From Tubulanus polymorphus (Eukaryota; Animalia; Nemertea), in the NCBI RefSeq assembly GCF_964204645.1, contig NC_134025.1, forward strand, positions 23,540,299 to 23,604,298: 64,000 bases of DNA. Reading direction: 5' to 3'. The stretch's first letter is position 1. Each line of letters starts with the position of its first letter. This document shows, one piece after another, positions 52,966 through 64,000 of this stretch. The position numbers were made by a program, and so were the translations under genes. Under the pieces are notes generated by a model that ran no database searches, had not been told where the DNA came from, and worked only from the letters and a program-made list of their open reading frames with translations.

Positions 52966-53995
52966 GGGGACCAACGTGATCTAGAAATCAACGCGTCATA
53001 AAATTGAACAAGATCTTTATTTTTTTGCAAAATTTATACAATTATTTTTTTTCATAAATTTGATGAATTACATTTGAATTGATAAATGGCACAATGAAAC
53101 ATGTCCCAATTAAAATGCCGCGGGCTGGGTCGTTTTTAGAAAAATGGTTTGAAGGATTTAAATAAAGTTGATTTTATTTCTAAGAAACCAAAATAATTCA
53201 ACTCGCATAATTCATTTGAAATTAGTGTAAAGCTTTTAAAACAGTGAATATATTCTTCCCAGATTCTGGGAGGAAATTTCGACGGGAAATTGTTTTTCGC
53301 ATCCTGAATTTTTACTTCTATTCACATTGGAGGTGATTTCCTCATTCGATCTTTTCAATGATAAGTTTAAAGAATCTAATCAAGTTCTAAAATTGTTGGG
53401 AAGTATCACTGATCGTTCTGTGACAACCGAATCCGATACGCGCAAGTGTTATGGTTCAAATAATCGACTGTGGTGGCGCTATCGTACGGTAGGGTCGAGA
53501 CGGGAACGGGTCGAGAGAGTAACGGGTCGAGAGGGGAACGTGGATAGCTCATATGCAACTCCATGGCTTACAGCCTAGGCACTAACACCATTTTCTCTTC
53601 TGCTCATCGCTTACGAATGCAGCTATAAATTTGTGATTAATTACCATAATTTTGTGAGTAAACTTTTATTTAACGCTTTATCGGCTAAATCATGTGTAAT
53701 ATTTCTAATGTTCAGTTTTTGTGATAAAAAGTTATTCGTTTGACTGTGAGGGAAACACTAGAAATAGAAAATGATATGTGAACATGGTGGCGAATGTTGA
53801 TATTTTACCAATTGGGTTCGAATCCCGAATTAAAAGTAAAACGATATTGGTATATACAAAATATTCTTCCGCTCTTGTTAAATGTGTATTATTTAGCTGA
53901 AGACAACTAAATTCTAGGCACGGCAAGTAATCTCATTCTCATCATATGATTCATTTCCAGACTGGCCAGAGAAACGTACAAAGTTACGGCTATAA

Positions 53996-54586
53996 ATGGC
54001 AGGCGGAAAAAAACTAGTTCGCGTAGTGAAAAAGGCTGTCGACAAAGTCATCCACTCGCCGTATATGAATACTCATATTCCAGCTGGACAAGCTTTACCG
54101 GCACCACCGCTGGGACCAATGTTAGGTCAAAGGAATATACAAATCCAAGAATTTTGTAAAGATTTCAATGAGAAAACCAAGGATATCAAAGAAGGCACAC
54201 CGATACCTACAAAAATATCTGTAAACCCGGATCGTTCCTACATCATGGAGTTGGGAAAGCCCCCTCTACCGCATTTTCTCAAACTAGCCGCTGGTGTGAA
54301 GAAAGGAGCTATGTCCCCAGGTCGTGAAATCTGTGGTAAAGTTTCGTTGAAACATGTGTACGAAATCGCATTAGTTCATAAGCAACACGAATCGTTACGT
54401 CATGAACCTCTAGAAAACGTCTGCAAAAAAGTAATTCACGCGGCTCACCGCTGCGGCATTCAAGTGACACGTTCATTAGACGCTGAGGAATATAGACAAT
54501 TTCTAGAAGAACGAAAAATTGTCGTTCAGCAACAGCAAGAAGAACTAGCAGAACAAAGAGCGGCTAAAATGTTGCGTATAAGCTAA
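53996..54586 (+). CDS. MRPL11: Mitochondrial ribosomal protein uL11m (MRPL11)
   Basis: [64 protein letters not shown] and the C-terminal mitochondrial extension YRQFLEERK; 196 aa in one coding exon. Confidence 0.97.
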   Translation: MAGGKKLVRVVKKAVDKVIHSPYMNTHIPAGQALPAPPLGPMLGQRNIQIQEFCKDFNEKTKDIKEGTPIPTKISVNPDRSYIMELGKPPLPHFLKLAAGVKKGAMSPGREICGKVSLKHVYEIALVHKQHESLRHEPLENVCKKVIHAAHRCGIQVTRSLDAEEYRQFLEERKIVVQQQQEELAEQRAAKMLRIS

Positions 54587-54989
54587 TCAAAAGTGTGGCC
54601 TTCATTAACTTATGAGGATAAATCTGGCTAATCTGCGATATCTGTTAAACCTTAATTGACGTTTTATGGAAATGTCAATTAAAATTTGTAGACTGTAGAA
54701 AATTGGTTGTACACGTGTTATTCGATTCAGTTAATGTAATTCTATCACCAATTAAAAAAAATTTTTTCAATGAATGCTGGTGAAATGAATTATATATAAG
54801 TATTATCAAAGTAAATTTCTATCTTGAACTTGTCTTGCTGGCTACCATTTCTGCTTATTTATCGAAAAGATTTTGTATTTATGTGTTGAAATGGTCTCAT
54901 CGAAACATCTGAAATCTTCCACGTTCTGAATTTGCAGTCCCCTTGAAAGTTCCCACCAAACTATCCCCATAAATCGATTGGTAGATATA

Positions 54990-55163
54990 AAGTAGAACCT
55001 CGTTATAATGAACTCGGATACAACGATTCATCGGATACAACAAATATAGAATTTCGTCTCAAATAAGAAAATTTAATCAATTTCATACTGGATATACGAA
55101 CTATCGCTTGTAATGAACATATTTTCTGGTCCTATGAAGTTCGCTGTAACCAAGTTCCACTGT
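54990..55163. mobile_element. Tc1/mariner-type MITE family member (related remnants at ~34476-34630 and ~25280-25333)
   Basis: AGTAGAACCTCGTTATAA ... TGTAACCAAGTTCCACTG|TA; the interior aligns by eye with CAGTGGAACCTCGTTATAAC...CAAATAAGA...CTGGTC at 34476. Confidence 0.65.
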
Positions 55164-55643
55164 ATTTAGGCTTTGAACATCACCGCTGGCAGTGAATACA
55201 TGTTACAGCCTGCGCCCATTGCTCCATGAACGAAATTCGCGAATTGCTCAAAGCTCTTACGTAACCGATATCTATAATTTTATTTTTACCAGTATATAAT
55301 TCATGATAACTTTTTTCACAATATATATTAAAACGATGTCAATTCCATCGCTCCAGAAGAAGATCTGAAAAGGAAATGAATATCCTTAATTGAGGAATTA
55401 GCACAAAAAAGTAAAAGAAATATCACTGAGCGCCTGGGCTAAGTTTCCACAAGACCATCTGTCGGTGATCTTGCGAGTGAAAAAGAGCAAAAACCTAACT
55501 CCAAAACTTCCCGATTTGCAAATACACTTTGAGTTCACTCTAAATTCATGTTTGAATTCCAAACTGCATGAAGGCAGGCAACTTATGAGATGGGGATCGT
55601 TTTCGTATTTTGTCGTTTGAACCACAAAGCCTACCTTCAGTGA

Positions 55644-58600
55644 TCAGAGACGCACTCCTGCGATTTCAACTTCACACAGAGTCAGATGGTCGTTATGATA
55701 GTGCACCACCGTAACGTATCTTCCGTTCATCCCAGTTGGGCAACTGAACGGGACTATAGCAGCCACTCCCAACGGTGCATCTTGCTTGGCACACACATGT
55801 CTATCGGGAATGCTCACGAAATCTGTCAAGGGTGCATTCGTGACAACTATCTTAAAATTCCTCAGGCGATCGGCTGGAAGATACATTCAGTCGATAACCG
55901 TTTATTTGAGAAGTGAGTTGGTGCCCAGTATATTCAAACTAAGGTATTTCTGTTAATCGCCGAACTTAAACTAAAAAGCTAAAAGATATTTGACATCGTT
56001 ATTTCGAATCGGTAAAATGCCAAACAAGAGCACTTACAGCAACAATCACCACGATTCACCAAAGCGACGTACGAGATACGGTATCTGTGCTGAAGATCGA
56101 CATACCACCAGTTGGGTTTCGTTGGAGAACCTTTCAACAAAGTATGTGTACAACTCTTGTCCCTGAAATTTCGATTGCCATCAACCGCCTGACTTGATAC
56201 TGCCCCACTTCGAGTCGAACTTTGTTTGGTAGGTTTGCCTTTCAGATTGATCAGTGTTGTTGATGAGGATGGTGGCGGTGCAGGTGCTGGAACATAAAGT
56301 AGACAAAAACTAAGCAGGTATTATATACGAGGAGATCGTGAGAGTTAAAAACCATCTTTTCACTTTTACCTGGGGAAACAATATACCTTCTATTTTATGC
56401 AGCTGTATGCACAGATATTGGTTAATTTAAGTCTCGTGAAAACTTACCTTTTTGAACAACATTTTATGAATTGTAACATGATGATGTATATATGGAGACC
56501 GGAATAGAAATAAGTATTATTATCATTATAATAATAATAATATTGATTATTATCATTATCTTACGCGCAAGTATTACTCGGCCGCCAGTCACCCAAACTT
56601 CGCACAAAGTCAAAAAATCCCCTGAAGGTCGCGTGATTGATACATATCGACCTCGGATGGGTTTATCGCATTTAAATTCTTTCTTTTCGCCAAGGCCCAT
56701 CGCTTCCATCTGCGAATTGCAAATTTGGTCATCGTCGACGTCATCATACTTGGATGGTTTAGTCTTTGTCACGAATATAGTGAAATCTTTCAAACGCCAA
56801 TCTATTGAAGACATTCAAAAAGTGTAAAAATACATGGCAAGGAATTTGATACATATTTTACGCATGTGCTTAATATTTTGAAGCCATTTTGAAAAGTTAT
56901 ACTTACTACAACAATCTCCTCGATTTAAGAGGGCCACCTTTGTGACGTCATAAAGTCCACCAAGATCTACTCTCCACCAATGCTCCGAACCATCGGGAGT
57001 TTTCTGTTTCGTGTGAGTGCAACTATGTGCCTTATTAAAGTCTGTGTTCAGGTTTCCATCGATGGCTTTGTTTGGAGTACCTACGGAATACCTAGGATCA
57101 TCATGGACGCTACTTTGTTCCACATGTTTACCCTTGAGATTAATATTTTTAGGTGGCAGGGTTTTTGGTTTGTCTTCTCCTGCATCTTTACAACCACTAC
57201 CTAAAATATATTTTGGTCAATCAGAGCATCGCGTACTGCTTTTTGATCTCCAAGTAATACGATAAGAAAGACTTATATTTCAAAATTGTAATAGCACTTC
57301 ATATTGTGTCTCTTACCGATCTTTCGTCCTTTTATTATGACTTCACACATCGTCAGAAAGCCAGAATCCTTAAGTATGGTAACATAGCGACCTCTATATC
57401 TGAGCATATTATAGGTTTTCCTGTTTTCAACCTTCCCAGGTTCATTAACAGCAAAGCAGCTGTCATAACCGACATCAGGGTCTATTGGATAATCCGTCAC
57501 AATAATCTTAAATTTCGAAAGACGTTCAGCTAAAAGAAGGAAAGTGCGAATAATAAGTCGTAACTATACTTCAAACATTCAATAATGTAATGGACATGTA
57601 ATGTAATGTAATGAAATATGTTTAATCCATCGGATTTATAAGCTGACAAGGTACAACGTGGTAAAGTTATCTACGTATCATCATTTCAATTAGTAAACGT
57701 TTTCTTCCGCTAGGATAAGTATTTGCACGGGATGATGTTACATGCAATATCAAACATCGAATACTTTCCGATGGTATGATAAGTCGGCGTAATTACGACA
57801 GAAACTTACGACAACAGTCGCCACGATTCACCAAAGTGATCGACGAAATTTCATACCGACAACCGAGGTCGACCATCCACCATGGACTTCTGGTGTTTTG
57901 AGTACACATACAACTTCCATGCGCAAATTTCGGATCTTCTTTACCATCTATGGCACGGTGTGGAGTCATATCATTATATGTGCTTGACTGGAAGGATGGC
58001 TTATTCGTCAGATTAATGATACCATATGTTACTTTTTCTGTAATAGAAATGCAGTGATATAAAAAAATTTGATCATCTATTTTCTTTAGAAAAACAACGA
58101 ACCACAATTTTTTCTTACCGATCTTTCTTCCTTGTATTTTGACTTCACAAAGAGTCAAAAAGCCGTTGTCCTTAAGAATGGCCACATAGCGACCTGTGAC
58201 TGGAGGACTTAATTTGTAAGTTTTCCTTTTACCGACGGCACCGGCTTCTGTTGCGCGAACATTACAGGAATCATGGCCAAAATTCAGATCAATTGGATAG
58301 TTTGACACTATAATCTTGAACTTCGACAGTCGTTCAGCTATAAAAAAGATGTTTTCAAATTTGTCCATTCATAACCCAAAATACATAAGTTAAGATTGCT
58401 TTAACTGTAAGTCGTCCAAATTTCTCTCCCAATCACTTTTCTTCCAATTTTATATTTCAAGTTTATATCTAAGATGCGATCAAAATCTTCCTTCCAGCGG
58501 AAAGAGCTATTCAAAATTAGACTCACGGCAACAGTCGCCGCGATTCACCAAGGTTATCGCTGATATTTCATGCGTAGTCTCAAGATCGACCATCCACCAC

Positions 58601-59038
58601 GAATTCTTTGTGTTTTTGGTACAAGTACAACTTCCATGACCGAAGTTTGAGTCTTCATTTCCATCCACGCCACGGTTTGGGGTCATGTGACCGTAAATGC
58701 TTGATTGGTAAGTGGGGCTGTATCTTAAGTCTAGAAAACCTAAGGAGGTAAATGAAAAGAAATGTCTAAGATACGCACGCTTCATATGATTAGAACTAAT
58801 CAAACCTACATTGTTTTCAATTATAATTACGTTATTTTTAATTATAAGCTAAGCATATATAATTCAAAGCATTGGAGACGAGAGACTTACCCCACTCAGC
58901 GGTTGAACTACCAGCATCTTGGGCTCCACAGCCGCTAACACCTACCTGTCCGCAGCTAGTTACGCCACGAAAGATGACAATCACAAAGGTCAGAACCTGA
59001 AGCAAGATCATAACTGAAATACAAATCACACGAACCAT
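55644..59038 (-). CDS. Secreted protein with four tandem F-type lectin (fucolectin/tachylectin-4-like) domains
   Basis: Signal-peptide exon 58891-59038, then exon pairs 58527-58739/58119-58337, 57810-58037/57317-57529, 56907-57200/56565-56801 and 56038-56286/55644-55873. Each domain has QSS, hhDG, WWxVDL, NRGDCCxxRL, GRYV and LT(L/M)CEV. Confidence 0.93.
56515..56560. repeat. Imperfect (ATT/AAT)n microsatellite in an intron
   Basis: TATTATTATCATTATAATAATAATAATATTGATTATTATCATTATC. Confidence 0.7.
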
Positions 59039-60099
59039 CAGATATTTGCGAAATAAACAGACCAATATAATATTCGGTATTGCCAATTATTGGTCTCAAA
59101 AGTAAAATTTGTAATCTAGAAATTTTGGATGGAATTGTCAACATACTTACTATCTCTGTAAACCTTATCATTGCAGTATTCGCACATTTATACTAAACAC
59201 GTCATTACCATACGATTAACACATAAATTTATGAGACAGGCAGACAGGTAATGAATCCTACATTTACGCATAATATTTATTTCTAAAGTTGAAATTATAC
59301 CACTTTACCAATTTAATCATCGATATTATCATATTCATACATTTTTAATTAAAAAGCAGTCAACCATAGTGATGAATAAAAAATGGAAAATGTTTAATTT
59401 TAGAGCAAACATGTTTAACCAAAAACTATATCCATAGCTGTTCGAGGCCATAATTCCAAAAACCACATGTTGACACGATTAACTTAGTTTGGCGAGTTAG
59501 GGCTCTGACCAAATAACACTGACATCAATTCGAAATGAAATCATGTGTTTTATTGTTTTATGTACGATTCATCTGACGCTTATGAAAAATAGATGATTTT
59601 ATGGTATTTATCACTTTTCATTATATTACCGGAGCACCTGTTTGATTATCATACTTGAATATTCAAATTTAATTCCCATTGCAGGTTCCTCGTGTTGGAG
59701 AATTCTATTCGTAAAAATGGTCTGTTGTCTCTTAAAAACCTTCTTTAATAGGGGCCTCTCGTTTGAGACCAGTTTTAACTTCGGGGTTAACACGCATAAC
59801 TTATAGATTAGATTAGATTCGATCACTACTGGTAAGGTTATAGCGTGAAGACAAAGTGAGCTTGCCTTTTTAATAAGATTAACTAGACTTATCCAGGGTT
59901 TTTCTATTTGAATTTAAAGAGGGTAACCAGTTTATTAATAGTTGGGGATGAAATGAAATAGGTCCCTTTATATTTACGTCTTAGCGTTTCCAAATATGGG
60001 CATACATACATTCCACCGGTTATTTAGTGTTACAGCAGCGAAATCTACACACTGTCTTAAGTAGATCTATTAACTTCTTTAGATAATTTTCAAATCAAT

Positions 60100-60480
60100 T
60101 GAAAACAAATTTTGTACATACTGATCTTGCATTCCTTGTTCTAGAGCCCGTTTGACAAAGGTTGGGTTTTCAATTACGTATAATGGTTGTCCCAGTAATG
60201 GCCAAAGCTATCTGGCAGTAGTGCGTCTCAAATTCAAAAGACGTTTTATGAAAGTCACTTTATTTAGAATATTTATATTTTCAAAACCCAAAACTTCGCA
60301 TCTGTAAATTAGGATTGATACCACTATACTGTCAAACAGTTCTATAGCTTGCTCCATACCCATAGAATGCTTACGGACCCTTTTCAATACAAAATATTGC
60401 CTTGCTGCCTGTTCTGTCAAGTCTTTTCTACAAATAATAGAGTGCCATTTTAATTGAATTGTACCCTAAGATATCTAATT
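60100..60480 (-). mobile_element. Degraded LINE ORF2 fragment (region just after the RT core)
   Basis: Decayed YLG-like motif near 60470 followed by ...LFDSIVVSILIYRCEVLGFENI...FIKRLLNLRRTT. This resembles the LFD..V.PIL.YG.EVWG segment of invertebrate LINE ORF2; the fragment is frameshifted. Boundaries are approximate. Confidence 0.7.
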
Positions 60481-61076
60481 CTCACCTTTTATCCTATAAA
60501 GCTACTAAAATACTCAGACAATTTACCTTAATGCATGATTTTATGTCGCTAAGTTTCCTGATCACACGAATTACTTGACAGCTGCGTTTATGAACTTGTG
60601 CCGAAGGGCTACGCCATATCGTATCAAAATATGCAATATAATTAATAGATTTTTACAGGCAGAGAATATTTGTTCATGGGCTGTTCATCGAAAAAATTCC
60701 AGTAAGCCTTAACCGGGCGATCGAAATCATGGACCTCAAAATCATCAATAAATTCAAAAATGCTGGTGATACAATCATATAATCAATCAGATATCCAGTG
60801 ATACTCGTTTTGTGTATTTCCCCCATATTAGGATCTTTCTACTCTACCATTAATAATAAGTATTATAGTTTTTACAAGTATCTAGTAATACCCAGGTTTA
60901 ACAAATCAACTGAGAATCAATCAGGTGTGAGATATTGTCGTTGCGTTGAAATCCCCACACAGGAACTCATCGTTTAATCAAATAGAAACCATACACCAAA
61001 AAGAGTATTAACTAATAGTCGAAATAAGCTGACTGCTAAAACTGCTAAAAGAATAGCATACCCACAAGCCTTATAG

Positions 61077-61119
61077 TGACAGTGCTAGGTAACGAACATT
61101 GCGTTACCTAGCACTGTCA
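61077..61119. promoter_or_regulatory. Perfect 18-bp inverted repeat carrying two imperfect RFX X-box-like sites, 75 bp upstream of a start codon
   Basis: TGACAGTGCTAGGTAACG-AACATTG-CGTTACCTAGCACTGTCA. The palindrome is observed directly; a regulatory role is inferred. Confidence 0.4.
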
Positions 61120-61193
61120 ATATTACATTGAAATGCTCGAGAGGAATGCTTCACTATGACGTGAATAACATTTCAAGAGCAAAATAGGGTAAA

Positions 61194-64000
61194 ATGGGGA
61201 AAGGTATAGTTATATTTTTCTTAGTATGATAGTATTGGACATCTAAGAGCGTTCCAAGTATCATTTAGAAAATTCTTCCTTTTTTAGGCGAGGGACCGAC
61301 GAAACCGATACGAGTGAAACCACCACCACCTAAGAAGTTATCTGCGTCATCGAGCTCCAGTGAATCAGATAAGCGACGCAGCAGCATTGCTGGTGTTTTC
61401 CGCAGGGCTAGTATAGCCCTAGAACATGTCATAAAACCAAAATCGTTATCCCAATCAAATAAGAAAGATCAAATTCGACTAGACATTCAAGAAAATAATG
61501 ACACAATTGCAATCTTACAAACACAACTAGAAGAAAAAGATGTCGAAAATAGTAAGTTGATCATAAAATCTATAGTTTCATTGATAACTGAATATATGCC
61601 TACTTTTAAGATAAAGATACCGGGTTTTTCATTTTCTCCAAACTTTTTCATTTTCATTTATGTAATATCCGCATTTAGATCGGTTGATGTTGACCGTTGA
61701 TGAGATGCAAAGTGCAATCCATGTCTTACGATCGGCCAATGAAAAGATGCAACGCCAAAACGTTTTCATGGACCAAAAACGTACGAAAACTATGTGTAGA
61801 ATGGAACAATTGATGATGTACATCATGGAAATGGAACTAGGAATAAAACAGTTTGAGGATGAACGACAGAGATGGAAGGGAAAGGTGGAAGAATTGGACA
61901 GTCTTATCCGGCAAATCGAACCCAATAATGATTTATTGAACCCATCCTCAGATTCTGACTTGTCAGAAGATGATCACGGATGCACAAAGATAAGAGAACT
62001 AGAACGAGAAAACCAGACTTTAAAAATCCGCAAAGACAATATTTCTTCTTTGTGGCAACGTGTTGTTGAGTTGGAAGAACTGAACAATAATCTGCTTAAG
62101 TGTATGGCGGAAATCTCTAATATAATGGCCAATGAAAATGAATTGAACGGATTCCGTGTGTTCCTAAAGCGTAAAAGAGCAACAGGATGTTTATTGGACG
62201 CTGATACTTTACCAGAAAATATAGACCATATTATATCGAGTGAAATTCCTCCCGAACTATTTTTAATATATCTCCAGGAAAGGCTTAGCGAGCTACAAAG
62301 ACTCAATTTGACAATATCTGAAATCAAAGAAAATAATATTTCATTAGAGGAAGAGAACAGCAAATGCAACAAAATGATTCAAAAGTTGGAAGAAGAAAAG
62401 AGCGAACGTCTTGAACTAACAACAGACGAAAGTTCAGAAAATCGGGCGTTATCGTCTCAGATTAAAGGGTTCAAACAGGAATTACAATGCCTTCGTGACG
62501 TGGAATTAGAAATGACAAATGAAATGGAAGAGAAGGACAAAGCCATTCAAGAACTAACTATGAAAGTGCGTAGACTAAAAGGGGAGGTATACGATGAGAA
62601 AAACAAGAAAATAAGTACACTAGAGCGTGAAAACGAAACGCTACGAAAATGTGAACGTGAATTTAAAGAATTGCAGAAGGTATGCAAGGATAACGCAGAG
62701 GAAAAACGGGATCTGATTACTGATTACGAGGAAATGCAACTTCGTATTACTTCGCTGATATCAACAAATTCATCCTTAGAACGTGAGGTCGAAAGGCTAC
62801 GGACGTTAGCCATCGATAGAACAGACGAAAACGTTGAACTGGAAAACGTTGAACATCAGTGTCAGACTCTGAGAAAAGAAAATCACGAGTTATCGCGTGA
62901 AAATTCTCGATTACGCCAGGAAAATAGAGAACAACAAGTCATAATTGAAGACAATTCGGATGTAGTTGAGAAACTTCGAGCCGATGTTAACCATCACGAA
63001 TCCGCCAACTACGATCTTCAGAACAAAGTAACAGAATTACACAAAGAGAACGTTGACTTGGTTGACGATCGTCTTGAATCCGAGAAAATACGCGGTCAAC
63101 TTATCAAAGCTCTTATGGATGGTGACAGACTTGAGGGTGAACTTAATCTTTGTAAGGAGAGGCTGGTTGAATTGCAAGGAACATCTGATGTGCTGGGAGA
63201 ACAAAGCAAACGCTTACAAACGGAAGAGAATCGGGTTAACAAACTGGAGGAATATACCTCAAAAATAGAAGAAGAAAATCGAGGTCTGAAAAAGTCTTTG
63301 ATTGATAATGACGATATCAAGCGGAAATATGAAGATTTGGAATCCGATTACAGGAGAACGCTAGCTAGATTGAAAGAAGAAAGGGATAAAGGGGAAAATC
63401 TCTTGACACTGACTGAGGCTTTGGAAAATGACAATAAATCTTTTACTAATCAGTCGGAGCATATAGTACTTCTTATGACAACTATCGAGAATCTGAAATC
63501 AGAAAATGAGCATTTTCTGGAAGAAACCACACGTCTTCAACAACAGTTGAATTCGACGCAGCACATTTCCGTGGAAAGTGATAAACTAAAAGAAGAAATT
63601 CAACGGGGACGAGAGAACTTAAGAGACGCGATGCTGGCAATAGGGGATTTGACTGCTGCTAATAGGAAGTATCACACACAAGAACAGGAAGCGATTATAA
63701 CTCTAGCGAAATTGGACGAGTTTGAGCAAGAAAATATTGAATTGAGATCTAAAATCAATGAAATTCCGATACTAAAGTCGTATATACAGGAATTAGAACT
63801 GAAAAATACGGAGAATGTACGAACGTCCTCGGCAGAAATTGAGACTTTAAAGGAGGAACTAAAACGGGGTCGAGACAACATATGTCAAGCTATGCTAACA
63901 ATAGGAGATCTCACAGCTACCAATAAAAAGTATCAAGCAGATGAAATGGAGCTTATCAATAGTAAACATCAGATGAATTCATTGGAAAACGAAAATCATA
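61194..64000 (+). CDS. Long coiled-coil protein, 5' part (runs off the window)
   Basis: Exons 61194-61203 (ATG GGG AAA G), 61288-61551 and 61679->64000. The last exon is open to the window end, so it is missing from the ORF track. E/K/L/N-rich heptads follow a basic Ser/Pro-rich N-terminus (KPPPPKK, RRSS, RRAS). Confidence 0.85.

Larger units (their letters stand above)
50989..53550. mobile_element. 2.56-kb non-autonomous long-TIR (foldback) DNA transposon, Sola2/Sola3-type
   Basis: ATAT|GAGCCATCCACGTTCCCGTCTCGACCCG... and ...CGGGTCGAGAGGGGAACGTGGATAGCTC|ATAT: GAG/CTC termini and a 4-bp flanking duplication. Inverted homology extends several hundred bp inward to the 59-bp arrays; no transposase ORF. 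Confidence 0.85.

Noticed and set aside
56464-56827. Poly-Ile transmembrane tail on the lectin, or a separate poly-Ile ORF
   Set aside because: It comes from an intronic (ATT)n microsatellite. A phase-1 donor after 56565 joins domain 3 to the next exon in frame.
1-64000. U12 (AT-AC) introns, selenocysteine or readthrough, programmed frameshifts
   Set aside because: The exon chains I traced close with ordinary GT-AG junctions and no in-frame stops, so there is no evidence for recoding.

Overview
This is AT-rich eukaryotic DNA with short GT-AG introns, most consistent with a compact-intron invertebrate genome (taxon is inference only). No prokaryotic features, rRNA, intact tRNA or CRISPR array were found. 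Manual splice-aware reading supports 11 protein-coding genes: (1) the 3' part of a KIAA2012/DUF4670-like gene with a giant exon of 42 ungapped 12-aa helical repeats; (2) an intronless 238-aa orphan ORF; (3) an uncharacterised ~7-TM membrane protein (-); (4) a CNK/CNKSR scaffold (SAM-CRIC-PDZ-PH, -); (5-7) three tandem Golgi-type carbohydrate sulfotransferases; (8) a secreted S10/SCPEP1-like serine carboxypeptidase homolog; (9) MRPL11; (10) a secreted protein with four F-type (fucose-binding) lectin domains (-); (11) the 5' part of a long coiled-coil protein. Non-coding DNA holds many non-autonomous DNA transposons, notably a 2.56-kb Sola-type foldback element with internal 59-bp arrays and a nested Merlin-type MITE. 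The best candidate for something new is the S10 homolog. It keeps its Ser-Asp-His triad but has lost the residues that bind the peptide C-terminal carboxylate, in a way that parallels plant SCPL acyltransferases. It lies directly behind the three sulfotransferases and near the fucolectin, which suggests a possible glycan or metabolite tailoring cluster. That cluster is a hypothesis. All exon boundaries are manual predictions without transcript evidence.
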